In this document: positions 19,319-29,457 of the stretch, one piece after another
Layout of the letters: every line of letters begins with the position of its first letter
How positions within the stretch are numbered: the first letter of the stretch is position 1
Assembly: GCA_937973965.1 (NCBI GenBank)
Contig: CALJJQ010000031.1
Span: forward strand, 33,635 to 97,634
Direction of reading: 5' to 3'
DNA: 64,000 nt
Origin: an uncultured Calothrix sp.
GTDB taxonomy: Bacteria > Cyanobacteriota > Cyanobacteriia > Cyanobacteriales > Nostocaceae
The notes under the pieces: model-generated
What the model was told of the DNA's origin: nothing
Seen by the model: the letters and a program-made list of their open reading frames with translations, nothing else
Databases searched by the model: none
Position numbers and translations under genes: made by a program

Positions 19319-22180
19319 ATGTCTGATACCCAATCCTTGAACGGAAAAAACACGACTTTGCACCCCAAAAATCAAAATTCGATTCGGATTCGCGGTGCTA
19401 GGCAGCATAATTTAAAAAACATTGATTTAGAGATACCCCGCGATCGCTTGATTGTGTTTACTGGTGTTTCTGGTAGTGGTAAGTCTTCTTTGGCGTTTGA
19501 TACAATTTTTGCTGAGGGGCAGCGTCGTTATGTGGAATCCCTAAGTACCTATGCACGACAGTTTTTAGGACAACTGGATAAACCGGATGTGGAAGCGATT
19601 GAGGGTTTAAGTCCAGCTATTTCCATTGACCAAAAATCCACTTCCCACAACCCTCGCTCCACGGTGGGAACGGTGACGGAAATTTATGATTACCTGCGTT
19701 TATTATTTGGACGAGCTGGTCAACCCCATTGTCCCATTTGCGATCGCAATATTGCTCCCCAAACCATTGATGAAATGGTGGATCAAATCATGGGACTGAG
19801 CGATCGCACTAAGTTCCAAATTCTCGCTCCGGTGGTCAGGGGAAAGAAGGGAACCCATCAAAAGTTATTATCTGCTTTGGCTGCTCAGGGATTTGTGCGG
19901 GTACGGATTAATGGGGAAGTCCGGGAATTAGCGGACTCCATCGAATTAGATAAAAATCATACGCACACCATCGAAGTTGTCATCGACCGGTTGGTGAAAA
20001 AGGACTCGATTCAAGAACGTTTATTCGATTCCCTCTCCACCTGTCTCAAATTATCATCGGGGATTGCCGTTATCGTTTATACTCCTGCCGATGGGGACAC
20101 AGAACAGGAAATGGTATTTTCGGAAAACTTTGCCTGTCCGGAACACGGTGCAGTCATGGAGGAACTCTCCCCCCGGTTATTTTCCTTTAACTCCCCCTAC
20201 GGTGCTTGTCCCCACTGTCACGGTTTAGGAACATTACGACGGTTTTCCCCCGAAGTGATTATCCCCGACCCGGAAGCACCAGTTTATGCCGCGATCGCTC
20301 CCTGGTCAGAAAAGGAGAATTCCTACTATTTGGAATTACTGTATAGTTTAGGTCAAAGTCACGGGTTTGAACTCCAAACCAAATGGAATCAACTTAGCGA
20401 CGAACAACGGGATGTCATCCTCAATGGAGAGCAACCGCAAAAAGGCCAAAAGACTCCCCATTTTCACGGTGTTATCCCCATTTTACAACGTCAGTACGAA
20501 GGCGGCTCAGAATTAATTAAACAAAAACTAGAACAATACCTCGTTGATCAACCATGTCCCGTTTGTCACGGTCAACGTCTCAAACCGGAAGCCTTAGCCG
20601 TGCGGATCGGACAATTCCGCATTCTCGATTTCACTGGTGTCTCCATTCGCGATTGTCGAGAACGGGTGGAGCAACTTCAACTTTCCCCCCGTCAAGCTCA
20701 AATTGCCGATTTAGTCCTGCGGGAAATCAAAGCCAGGTTGCAATTTTTACTCGATGTCGGTCTGGATTATCTCACCCTTGACCGTGCAGCCATGACCCTA
20801 TCGGGAGGGGAAGCCCAACGAATTCGTTTAGCCACCCAAATCGGTTCCGGATTAACCGGGGTATTGTATGTATTAGATGAACCCAGTATTGGACTACACC
20901 AACGGGATAACGGACGCTTACTAACAACCCTTACGAAACTGCGGGATTTAGGCAACACCCTAATTGTGGTTGAACATGACGAAGAAACCATCCGTGCAGC
21001 CGATTATATCGTGGATATCGGTCCAGGTGCAGGAATGCATGGGGGAAATATCGTTGCCGCAGGGGATTTACAAACTCTCTTGCAGGCGGAAAATTCCCTG
21101 ACAGGGGCTTATTTAGCCGGACGCAAACAAATCCAAACCCCTAGCCAACGCCGTGAAGGTAACGGATTGAGTTTAACCATAGTCAATGCCCGTCGCAATA
21201 ACTTAAAAAATATTACCGTCAAAATCCCTCTGGGTAAACTAGTCAGCATCACCGGAGTATCGGGTTCAGGGAAATCCACCCTGATCAACGAATTATTATA
21301 TCCAGCCCTGCAACACCATCTCACCAAAAGAACCCCCCAACCCAAAGACATCGACGAAGTGAGAGGGTTGAACGCCATTGATAAAGCTATCGTCATTGAC
21401 CAATCTCCCATTGGGAGAACTCCCCGTTCCAATCCTGCTACCTACACAGGTGTATTTGATGTCATTCGGGAGGTTTTTTCTAACACCATCGAAGCCAAAG
21501 CCAGGGGTTACAAACCGGGACAATTTTCCTTTAATGTCAAAGGAGGACGTTGTGAAGCCTGTAGTGGTCAGGGTGTGAACGTCATTGAAATGAATTTTTT
21601 ACCAGATGTATATGTGCAATGTGAAGTCTGCAAAGGTGCAAGATATAATCGGGAAACACTGCAAGTTAAATACAAAGATAAATCCATTGCCGATGTATTG
21701 AATATGACTGTGGAAGAAGCCTTGGACTTTTTCCAAAATATCCCCAAGGCGGTGAGTAAATTACAAACCTTGCTGGACGTTGGTTTAGGTTATATCAAAA
21801 TTGGTCAACCAGCCACTACCCTATCGGGGGGAGAAGCACAACGGGTAAAACTTGCGACAGAATTATCCCGACGTGCGACGGGGAAAACCCTGTATTTAAT
21901 TGACGAACCCACTACTGGGTTATCGTTTTATGACGTACATAAATTATTAGATGTATTGCAAAGATTAGTGGATAAAGGTAATTCGGTGTTGCTGATCGAG
22001 CATAATTTAGACGTGATTCGCTGTTCCGATTGGGTGATTGATTTAGGTCCAGAAGGGGGTGATAAGGGTGGAGAAGTGATTGCGGTGGGGACACCGGAAG
22101 AGGTAGCGAAGTCGGAGAATTCCCACACTGGGTATTATTTACGTCATGTATTGCAGCAGTATCCTATAAATAATTTGTAA
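19319..22180 (+). CDS. uvrA: excinuclease ABC subunit A
   Basis: 953 aa. Two ABC modules (GVSGSGKSSLAFDT, GVSGSGKSTLINE), LSGGEAQR twice, and zinc-finger cysteines. Confidence 0.97.
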   Translation: MSDTQSLNGKNTTLHPKNQNSIRIRGARQHNLKNIDLEIPRDRLIVFTGVSGSGKSSLAFDTIFAEGQRRYVESLSTYARQFLGQLDKPDVEAIEGLSPAISIDQKSTSHNPRSTVGTVTEIYDYLRLLFGRAGQPHCPICDRNIAPQTIDEMVDQIMGLSDRTKFQILAPVVRGKKGTHQKLLSALAAQGFVRVRINGEVRELADSIELDKNHTHTIEVVIDRLVKKDSIQERLFDSLSTCLKLSSGIAVIVYTPADGDTEQEMVFSENFACPEHGAVMEELSPRLFSFNSPYGACPHCHGLGTLRRFSPEVIIPDPEAPVYAAIAPWSEKENSYYLELLYSLGQSHGFELQTKWNQLSDEQRDVILNGEQPQKGQKTPHFHGVIPILQRQYEGGSELIKQKLEQYLVDQPCPVCHGQRLKPEALAVRIGQFRILDFTGVSIRDCRERVEQLQLSPRQAQIADLVLREIKARLQFLLDVGLDYLTLDRAAMTLSGGEAQRIRLATQIGSGLTGVLYVLDEPSIGLHQRDNGRLLTTLTKLRDLGNTLIVVEHDEETIRAADYIVDIGPGAGMHGGNIVAAGDLQTLLQAENSLTGAYLAGRKQIQTPSQRREGNGLSLTIVNARRNNLKNITVKIPLGKLVSITGVSGSGKSTLINELLYPALQHHLTKRTPQPKDIDEVRGLNAIDKAIVIDQSPIGRTPRSNPATYTGVFDVIREVFSNTIEAKARGYKPGQFSFNVKGGRCEACSGQGVNVIEMNFLPDVYVQCEVCKGARYNRETLQVKYKDKSIADVLNMTVEEALDFFQNIPKAVSKLQTLLDVGLGYIKIGQPATTLSGGEAQRVKLATELSRRATGKTLYLIDEPTTGLSFYDVHKLLDVLQRLVDKGNSVLLIEHNLDVIRCSDWVIDLGPEGGDKGGEVIAVGTPEEVAKSENSHTGYYLRHVLQQYPINNL

Positions 22181-22249
22181 TACCCTGCGGCAACGCTTCG
22201 CGTACGTAATACCCGCTACGCGGGAAGCAAGCTACGTAATTTGTAATAC
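22171..22249. repeat. 13-bp perfect direct repeat flanking a 53-bp GC-rich insert at the uvrA stop codon
   Basis: TAATTTGTAATAC occurs at 22171-22183 (it contains the uvrA TAA at 22178-22180) and at 22237-22249. The insert holds two ~29-bp GTAATACCC...(G/C)TAC units. Confidence 0.85.
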
Positions 22250-22325
22250 TAATTCTTTCTAATTAGGCAACAGATGGAATCTAGGAAATCATGCGTAGTT
22301 ATAGATAGATATATCAATATCAACT

Positions 22326-23987
22326 TCAAAACAGAAAAGTTTGCCGAATTGTCCAGACATAAATTGGGTCGTTATTGGCATTATGTTCTGGATTAATAAT
22401 TAAATAAACACCAGGGGTAATATACATATTATCATTAATTCGATAACGATAAAAAGCCTCTAAATGCCAAGTTGTATCTGGGTCTTTCCTTTCATCTAAA
22501 TCGGTTTCTACCACCTTGGGAGGTTGACCAACCACGAAACCCAATAAATTACCCTGACCACCAATATCATTTAACCCGAAAGTCACAGCCCAAGTGGAAA
22601 TTTTTGCCCTATCTCCCTGATTTTCCCGAGATTCAGCTTTTGCATCGATTAAACCCACCCAACCCGATAAAGTAGTTTTGCGATTCAACCGATAGGAAGC
22701 TTGGATGCCATAGGCATTTGCTGTTGTTGGATCACCGTCAAAGGGGTCATTGGCAAAATCACTACCCTTACCCGTATCCAAGGTATTATAGGCGCGAATG
22801 TAGGTCAGACCCAAACTGAATTTATCAGTGGGAAGCCAACTTAATTGGGCGATCGCGCCATATTTACCTCCACCAATCCCCTGTTTTGGGTTATTTGGTT
22901 GACCCCCAGCCATATATCCTACCGCTAAACGCACCTGGTCACTAAATCGATACTCCATTCCGACACCAGTTCCACCTCCCAAGTCATAAATTGCCGACTT
23001 TTCACTAAAATTAGCAATATGACCAATCCCGCTATTACCAACAGGTGAATTGAAGCTACTCGTAAAAGCAGTTAAACTCCCACCTTCAGTGGAAACAAAT
23101 ACCTGTAATTTCCTAGTTGGTCGAAATTGATAGCTGAGTTGACTAATTTCCCAATTATTGCGACTATCCCCAGCAAAGGATAAATTCGCCATATCCGTAT
23201 CCGTCACCCGATTAAATCGCGTACTGTTTCTTGCTAATAAACGTATTCGCAATCGGTCTTTTCCAATGAAACTACTATCCAAATTCAACTCAGTCCGATG
23301 ACTAAACACCACATTCCCATCGACATCATTCCCACCAAAACCGCTCAACCCAAAAATAGCTTTTCCCAGTAATTGAGTCGTGGTGGAAAAACTTGGAATT
23401 TTTTCCAGTTTCGATAACCTGTCTCCTAAAGGTTGTAACCGGGGAGTAACTTCAGCTAACTCCTGGGAAAACTCCGTTTGCAACTTACGAATCACCGCTA
23501 ACTCTTCTTGAGTTGCATAATTTTCCCTAGCAGTCTGAATCATCTGATTCACCCTCTCCAAGCAACTTACAAAAGCAGCAGCAAATTCATACCGATTCAG
23601 ACTCCGATTACCTCGGAAGGTTTGATCCGGATATCCCGCAATACAACCATAATGTTCCACTAGAGATTGTAAAGCCTGAAATGCCCAATCCGTCGGTTGC
23701 ACATCCGCAAGTTGATTCACCGATGTCACCGGAAGATTATCCTCAATCATCACTGGTGCTTCTGGTTGTGGCTGACTAATATTTGTAGAGTCAGATGGGG
23801 AGGTTTCTGAGTCGATATTGTTATTCTTTTCCCGATTAGGAACGTTATCCAGTTTATTTTCCTGTGCAGATGCAATCTCGATTGCTTTATTAGGAACTAG
23901 TATGCAAACAGAACAATAGATGATTGCTTTGTATAATAGGATTGATTTATATATGCGGGAGATAAAATCTGTCATAAAGTCTGGCAA
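22326..23987 (-). CDS. SLH-domain / OprB-family outer-membrane porin (iron-uptake-porin type)
   Basis: Signal peptide. SLH motif WAFQALQSLVEHYGCIAGYPDQTFRGNRSLNRYEFA. Coiled-coil linker. Beta-barrel region ending in ...TIRQTFLF. Confidence 0.85.
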   Translation of the reverse strand: MPDFMTDFISRIYKSILLYKAIIYCSVCILVPNKAIEIASAQENKLDNVPNREKNNNIDSETSPSDSTNISQPQPEAPVMIEDNLPVTSVNQLADVQPTDWAFQALQSLVEHYGCIAGYPDQTFRGNRSLNRYEFAAAFVSCLERVNQMIQTARENYATQEELAVIRKLQTEFSQELAEVTPRLQPLGDRLSKLEKIPSFSTTTQLLGKAIFGLSGFGGNDVDGNVVFSHRTELNLDSSFIGKDRLRIRLLARNSTRFNRVTDTDMANLSFAGDSRNNWEISQLSYQFRPTRKLQVFVSTEGGSLTAFTSSFNSPVGNSGIGHIANFSEKSAIYDLGGGTGVGMEYRFSDQVRLAVGYMAGGQPNNPKQGIGGGKYGAIAQLSWLPTDKFSLGLTYIRAYNTLDTGKGSDFANDPFDGDPTTANAYGIQASYRLNRKTTLSGWVGLIDAKAESRENQGDRAKISTWAVTFGLNDIGGQGNLLGFVVGQPPKVVETDLDERKDPDTTWHLEAFYRYRINDNMYITPGVYLIINPEHNANNDPIYVWTIRQTFLF

Positions 23988-24498
23988 TAATTAACGAGTA
24001 GTTTCTGATTCACCTGTCCACATAATTTGACATGTATCATCAATAGCATCCCGGAACTATTTTGTGTAACTTAACACAAAAAATAGCCGTGCATACTGGT
24101 TTTAAATTCAACTAAGTGCCTAGGAACTGATAGTTTCCATAAATTTCTCTCCTCAAGCAAAATTAAGTCATAGAGACATGTGACTGATTCTACCAGAAAA
24201 TTTCGCCTAAGTATAAAAAAGCAAAGCTCATGAAATTTAGATGATAGTAATATATTATTGGGAATTACGCAACTAGCACATTTATCAGCTTAGGATGCGT
24301 GTTACATTTTGGGCAATTATTATATACGGTTAATGGGGGGTTTATAGAGTCACGCACTGACGAATATGCGGAGAATATCATCAATTCTGAACATCGCAAA
24401 CGCACCCGTACATCAAGAAAATTAACGATATCTTATCAGAACGAACTAGTAAAAGTATGATAAACAAAGGGTGTGAAGACGAGAATAATTAAATAACG

Positions 24499-25053
24499 AT
24501 GAAATCTACTTTTAAGCTCTTCCCAATTGCTATTACAGCATCAGTTGTATCTCTGTTAACAATACTACCATCTAGCAGTGTCGCTTTACCAAGTGATGAT
24601 AGTCAAGCTGTAAACTCTCAATTGAAAGACAAAGAATATTTATCCCTTGTGAGTGTCAGAGCTAACGAAATTACTGTAGGTACGAGAAATACTGAGTATT
24701 ATTTTACAATTAACATACCAAAATCCTCCCACTCCCTGCAAAAAGTTAACATAGCTCAACGGGGTGGGTTTGATATTATCAGATTCAATCAGCGGCGTAT
24801 TCGCGCTTATGTTGTTGGTGAAACCAGAAAAGAAATTAAAATTGCCAACATAGAACCAGAATCCCAAGGAATTTCCATTACCTTTGCAGAACCTGTGGAA
24901 CCAGGACAAAGATTAACAGTGGTCATGGGAGTGAAAGAAAATCCCCTCAACGATGGAAATTATTTATTTGTGGTCACGGTCTTCACCGAAGGAAAATTAG
25001 ACATGGGTCAATCTTTGGGTGTAGGGAGATTGCGAATTACTTCGGTGTTTTAA
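24499..25053 (+). CDS. secreted hypothetical protein, possibly DUF2808 family
   Basis: 184 aa with a signal peptide (MKSTFKLFPIAITASVVSLLTILPSSSVA). The DUF2808 assignment is from memory only. Confidence 0.5.
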   Translation: MKSTFKLFPIAITASVVSLLTILPSSSVALPSDDSQAVNSQLKDKEYLSLVSVRANEITVGTRNTEYYFTINIPKSSHSLQKVNIAQRGGFDIIRFNQRRIRAYVVGETRKEIKIANIEPESQGISITFAEPVEPGQRLTVVMGVKENPLNDGNYLFVVTVFTEGKLDMGQSLGVGRLRITSVF

Positions 25054-25062
25054 GGGGTGTAA

Positions 25063-25155
25063 GTAGGTAGGTGCAATTAAATTAAAACCACAATGTAACT
25101 AATCATTCAGCGAAAAGCCTTACCCCCGTACAGACGCGATATATTGCGTCTCTCC
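25063..25155 (+). repeat. repeat family D, with hairpin 25128-25153
   Basis: About 75% identical to the reverse complement of 51515-51607 (GTAGGTAGGTGCAATTAAA...CCCGTACAGACGCGATATATTGCGTCTCT). Confidence 0.8.
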
Positions 25156-25226
25156 CTAATCCCTACTCCCTGATCTTAATGACAATTTTCACCACCCACC
25201 TACTCAATTATAAAGGTAGTCTCTCG

Positions 25227-25880
25227 CTAACGTCTTGCTAAAATTGCTCGAATATGGGGAATAGCAGTTGCGATCGCAGTGGGTTTTAGGGCTGTTGTTT
25301 GCCAGCTTTCCCTAGCTTCCAGTTGGTTTAGCCACCCTTGCAGATGGGGGTAACTATCCAAATCAAATCCCATGAAGGGTAATGAAGAAACCACTGTTCC
25401 CGCAACGATATCTCCCAAGGTTAGCTGATTATTCACAAAATAGGTACGTCCATCCAGCAAGTTTTCGTAGAATTGCATCACCGTCAGGATTCGTTGGCGA
25501 GCATCATCTATTTTACCTGCATCTACATCCAATCCCACCAACTGTCGAGTTAAGGAAATTAATGCTGGTTGCAGTTCACTAACTGTCACCATTTCCACCA
25601 TTCGCATAGTTGCAATTTCTTCCGCTAGATGGGGTATTAAAGAAGGCGTAGGATACTTAGCTTCTAAATAATCCAAAATAGCCAGGGATTCCACCACCCG
25701 CAACCCATTATCAACAACTACAGGAACCCGTTGCAATGGGTTAATCGCCGTAAATTCGTTACCAAATTGATCCCCATCCAGCTTGACCAAGACTGCTTCA
25801 AAGGGAATTTGCTTCTCCAGTAATGTCACCCAAACTCGACGGGCATTGATGGAAACCGGATTGTAGTAGAATTGCAGCAT
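25227..25880 (-). CDS. glutathione S-transferase family protein
   Basis: 217 aa. Thioredoxin-like N-terminal domain (NPLQRVPVVVDNGLRVVESLAILDYLE) plus a helical C-terminal domain. Confidence 0.8.
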   Translation of the reverse strand: MLQFYYNPVSINARRVWVTLLEKQIPFEAVLVKLDGDQFGNEFTAINPLQRVPVVVDNGLRVVESLAILDYLEAKYPTPSLIPHLAEEIATMRMVEMVTVSELQPALISLTRQLVGLDVDAGKIDDARQRILTVMQFYENLLDGRTYFVNNQLTLGDIVAGTVVSSLPFMGFDLDSYPHLQGWLNQLEARESWQTTALKPTAIATAIPHIRAILARR

Positions 25881-25984
25881 GGTGGTTCGGGAGATAGGGA
25901 ATCTTTATTGTAGCAATTTAGGTATGAGCAACAAAGGAATCGAAAAATCCAACAGCGCGATCGCCTTGTAGTGGTTTTCAGGAA

Positions 25985-27622
25985 TTAGGGTGTCTCATAG
26001 TCATTTAGGTTGCGTTCAGAAATTTTTGCCACCTGTACAATTCGCTTGTCAAGTTGTTGATTGATGGGGGAGCGAGAACTAATATAATCCATGACTACAT
26101 CTGCTAGCAGAAAACCTGTATCAATTTGATTTTTCCCGCTTTTAAAAACTTCGTAACCATCCCCACCATTGAGCAGAAAGTTATTAGTAATTACACGATA
26201 GGTAGCTTTTGTATCTAGGGGTTGATAGTTGCCATCAGCATTTTGTACTTGGATAGATAAAATACGTTTTCCTGGAGGAGCTTGGGGATTCAACTCAAAC
26301 CGTAGTCCTGCAACCTGGGGAAAACGTCCTTCTCCATTTTCAATTTTACTCACACCGTTCTCTAGCGCTTCCCTCAGTTGTACACCAGTTAAATCAAGTC
26401 GAGCAATTGTGTTACCAAAGGGTAATACTTCCAGGACATTGCCAACGGTTATATCTCCAATGGGAATGCTGCTGCGAATACCTCCACCATTTATAATTAC
26501 GATTTGAGCGCCATCTGGACGGGTTTTATCAAGTATGGCATCTGCAATCAAGTTACCCAAATTAGTTTCTTGGGTACGTATTTTAGCCCGGTCTCCATCG
26601 AGGGTGACAACTGTTTTGCCGATGACTTTTTGTCTGAGTGCTTGAATTGGAGCTGCAAACTGCTCTAATTTTTGCTTAAAAACTGAATCAGGTGCAATAT
26701 CTTGACTCACGGGTGTGGGGGAACCTTGCCAAGAAATTACATCACCCCGAGAATCAAACCTCACGTGAATATCTCCTAAGTATTTTCCCCACTCCCAATC
26801 AGTGACAATCAGTACTTCTTTGCCATTAGGTGATTTCTCCACGATGGGATAGGGAACTGTTGCACCCGGCATATTCCCCAGGGGTGTATGGGAATGGCCA
26901 CCCACAATTATATCAATACCGTCAACTTGCTGGGCTAATTTCTGGTCAGCCTGGATACCGATATGGGTCAGAGCGATTATTTTGTTGACATTTTGACTGG
27001 TTAAGGATGTAACTGCATTTTTTGCAGCGTTGATTGGGTCGGTGAAGGTGATTCCATCACCTGGGTTGGAGAGAATCGCTGTTTTTTCCGTAGTCAGTCC
27101 AAAGATACCGATTTTTTCCCCATTTAGTTGTAAAACAGTCCAAGGTTTGATTTTATTAGCTAGGGGTGAGGTTGGAGCGACCTGGATATTAGCGGAAATC
27201 AGGGGAAATTTAGCTTTGCGGATAAAATCAGCTAATACCTGTTGTCCACGGTCAAATTCATGATTACCGAGGGTAGCCAAATTGTAACCCAAGTCATTGT
27301 AGAAGGATAAATCTGCTTGACCGAGATAGCGATTAAAATACAAAGTTCCTTGAAAAATATCACCCGCATCTAATAATAATAGTGGTTCCTTTGTCTTGGC
27401 ATTTTCTGCACGAATTTTGTCAATTAGGGTCTTGCGTCTGACAATACCACCCAATTCCTCTTTGTTAAAATCAATTGCTTCTAAATGGGCATGGTGGTCA
27501 TTGGTGTGTAGGATATGTAAGGTAAAATCGGCTGATTGAACGATGATAGAAGTAATCACATAGGAAACTAAAACAACGACACCTAGAATTAAACCTAGAA
27601 ACCATAGCCGATATTTACGCAT
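25985..27622 (-). CDS. bifunctional metallophosphatase / 5'-nucleotidase (UshA-like)
   Basis: NDHHAHLE, DAGDIFQG, GNHEFD, GGHSHT, and a C-terminal 5'-nucleotidase domain. ATG 27622 (MRKYRLWFLGLILG... signal anchor) is preferred over ATG 27685. Confidence 0.88.
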   Translation of the reverse strand: MRKYRLWFLGLILGVVVLVSYVITSIIVQSADFTLHILHTNDHHAHLEAIDFNKEELGGIVRRKTLIDKIRAENAKTKEPLLLLDAGDIFQGTLYFNRYLGQADLSFYNDLGYNLATLGNHEFDRGQQVLADFIRKAKFPLISANIQVAPTSPLANKIKPWTVLQLNGEKIGIFGLTTEKTAILSNPGDGITFTDPINAAKNAVTSLTSQNVNKIIALTHIGIQADQKLAQQVDGIDIIVGGHSHTPLGNMPGATVPYPIVEKSPNGKEVLIVTDWEWGKYLGDIHVRFDSRGDVISWQGSPTPVSQDIAPDSVFKQKLEQFAAPIQALRQKVIGKTVVTLDGDRAKIRTQETNLGNLIADAILDKTRPDGAQIVIINGGGIRSSIPIGDITVGNVLEVLPFGNTIARLDLTGVQLREALENGVSKIENGEGRFPQVAGLRFELNPQAPPGKRILSIQVQNADGNYQPLDTKATYRVITNNFLLNGGDGYEVFKSGKNQIDTGFLLADVVMDYISSRSPINQQLDKRIVQVAKISERNLNDYETP

Positions 27623-27689
27623 AGGACTACTTTCAATATGGGGAAAATGGGGTTGTAAGTAAAATAATACTTTTAATGGAATCATTGAA

Positions 27690-27717
27690 AAAGACGTAGC
27701 AGTGCTACGTCTCTACG
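27690..27717. repeat. hairpin repeat (GTAGCA..GCTAC inner-stem class) downstream of glmU
   Basis: AAAGACGTAGCAGTGCTACGTCTCTACG. Confidence 0.85.
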
Positions 27718-27753
27718 GGTCTGTTGCAATTGCAATTTTAATCGGGATGGAAT

Positions 27754-29124
27754 TTAATTTTGTTGTTTGGCATCACGCTGTTTACTTACCCAACCGGGTT
27801 TGATGACTTGTTGAGGACGAGCAATTACTAAACAATCATCAGGTATATCCGTGGTGACAGTGGAACCAGCAGCAACGTAAACATCGTTACCTAAAGTCAA
27901 AGGAGCAACTAACACCGAATTAGAACCCGTACTTGTGCGATCGCCGATTTTGGTTTTATGCTTATTAAAGCCGTCATAATTGGCCGTAATTGTACCTGCA
28001 CCAATATTCACTTTGGTTCCAGTGGTTGTATCCCCAAGGTAGGATAAATGGGCGACATTGGTTTTATCCCCTAATTGGGTATTTTTTAACTCCACAAAGT
28101 TACCAATTCGACAGCCCACACCAACCTGTGCATGACCACGTAGATGGGCGTAGGGTCCAATTCGACTTCCGGCTGCCACCTGACTATCGGTAATTACGGA
28201 ATACTTGACGGTGACATTCTCCTGGATTTCACTGTTCTCAATTAAACATCCAGGTCCAATTCGACAGCCTGTTTTAATGACGCTACTTCCCCGCAGGTGG
28301 GTTTGGGGTTCGATGGTGACATCCGGTTCTAACTGGACATTTTCATCAATAGTCACACTATTGGGGTCAATAATTGTCACCCCCGCAGCCATCCACTCAG
28401 ATTTGATCCGACGCTGTAAAATTTCATAGGCTCCAGCTAACTGCAAGCGATCATTAATACCGAGAATCTCTTGGGAGTCCTCCACATCAACTGCCATCAC
28501 TGGACTAACTTGGGTGACAGCATCGGTGAGATAATATTCGCCTTGAGCATTATTTGCTTGCAATTCTGGCAACACCCGTGCTAAATCTTGCCAGCGAAAA
28601 CAGTAAATTCCCGCATTTATCCGCCGATTTTGCTTTTGGGCTGGGGTACAGTCCTTATCTTCAACTATTTGCTGGACAACATTTTCACCGTTACAAAAAA
28701 CCCGCCCATAGCCTTTGGGGTCAGGGAGGTAGGCTGTTAAAATTGTCGCTGCATTTTGGTTTTGTTTATGGGTTTGCAGAAGGTTTTTCAGGGTGTCGGG
28801 ACGCAATAGGGGTACATCGCCGTTTAAAATCAGTAAATCCCCATCATAACCCTGTAAATGGGGTAATAGCTGTTGGATTGCATGTCCCGTACCTAATTGT
28901 TGAGTTTGTTCCACAAATTCCAGATCCGGGATTTCCAACAATGCCGTTTTCACAAGTTCGGCTTGGTAGCCAACTATGACCATGCGTCTGGATGGGGAAA
29001 GTGGCTCCACGCACCGCAGAACCCTCTCTACCAGCGAAAAACCACCAAGGGGATGTAAAACCTTGGGAAGGCTAGATTTCATCCGTGTACCGCGTCCTGC
29101 GGCCAAAATTGCGACAACTACCAT
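27754..29124 (-). CDS. glmU: bifunctional UDP-N-acetylglucosamine diphosphorylase / glucosamine-1-phosphate N-acetyltransferase
   Basis: 456 aa. [20 protein letters not shown]-terminus and C-terminal left-handed beta-helix hexapeptide repeats. Confidence 0.95.
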   Translation of the reverse strand: MVVVAILAAGRGTRMKSSLPKVLHPLGGFSLVERVLRCVEPLSPSRRMVIVGYQAELVKTALLEIPDLEFVEQTQQLGTGHAIQQLLPHLQGYDGDLLILNGDVPLLRPDTLKNLLQTHKQNQNAATILTAYLPDPKGYGRVFCNGENVVQQIVEDKDCTPAQKQNRRINAGIYCFRWQDLARVLPELQANNAQGEYYLTDAVTQVSPVMAVDVEDSQEILGINDRLQLAGAYEILQRRIKSEWMAAGVTIIDPNSVTIDENVQLEPDVTIEPQTHLRGSSVIKTGCRIGPGCLIENSEIQENVTVKYSVITDSQVAAGSRIGPYAHLRGHAQVGVGCRIGNFVELKNTQLGDKTNVAHLSYLGDTTTGTKVNIGAGTITANYDGFNKHKTKIGDRTSTGSNSVLVAPLTLGNDVYVAAGSTVTTDIPDDCLVIARPQQVIKPGWVSKQRDAKQQN

Positions 29125-29396
29125 AATGCGCCTTGGCTTTTGTAATATTTTGTGTGAATGAGCTTCGATTCGAGTTTAAGCCCAAATCATACCGAAATAC
29201 CTCTACCAGGAAAATGTTTCTTGCTTACAATTAATTAGCTCCTCTCCCCCAATCCCTTTCTTGTTAATGGGGAGTGGGGAATTGGGAGTTGGCAGTAGAA
29301 ATGAACTTATGTTTGTAGGGAGTAGGAATGCTTATCGGGATTTTCGTCACCCTTTCAGAGGAAATCGCTTGTAAAGTGGGTTTTTTTCAATCCTCT

Positions 29397-29423
29397 GGAG
29401 ACAACCCACCGGGTCGTCTCTAC
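29397..29423. repeat. hairpin repeat (ACCC..GGGT inner-stem class) downstream of the HD-GYP regulator gene
   Basis: GGAGACAACCCACCGGGTCGTCTCTAC. Confidence 0.8.
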
Positions 29424-29457
29424 TTCCGACTCCCGACTCCCTATTTCCTGGTATTTC

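Noticed and set aside
24239-24262. Fur/iron box in front of the porin or DUF2808 genes (GATGATAGTAATATATTATTGG)
   Set aside because: Only about 10/19 matches to GATAATGATAATCATTATC. That is indistinguishable from generic AT-rich promoter DNA.
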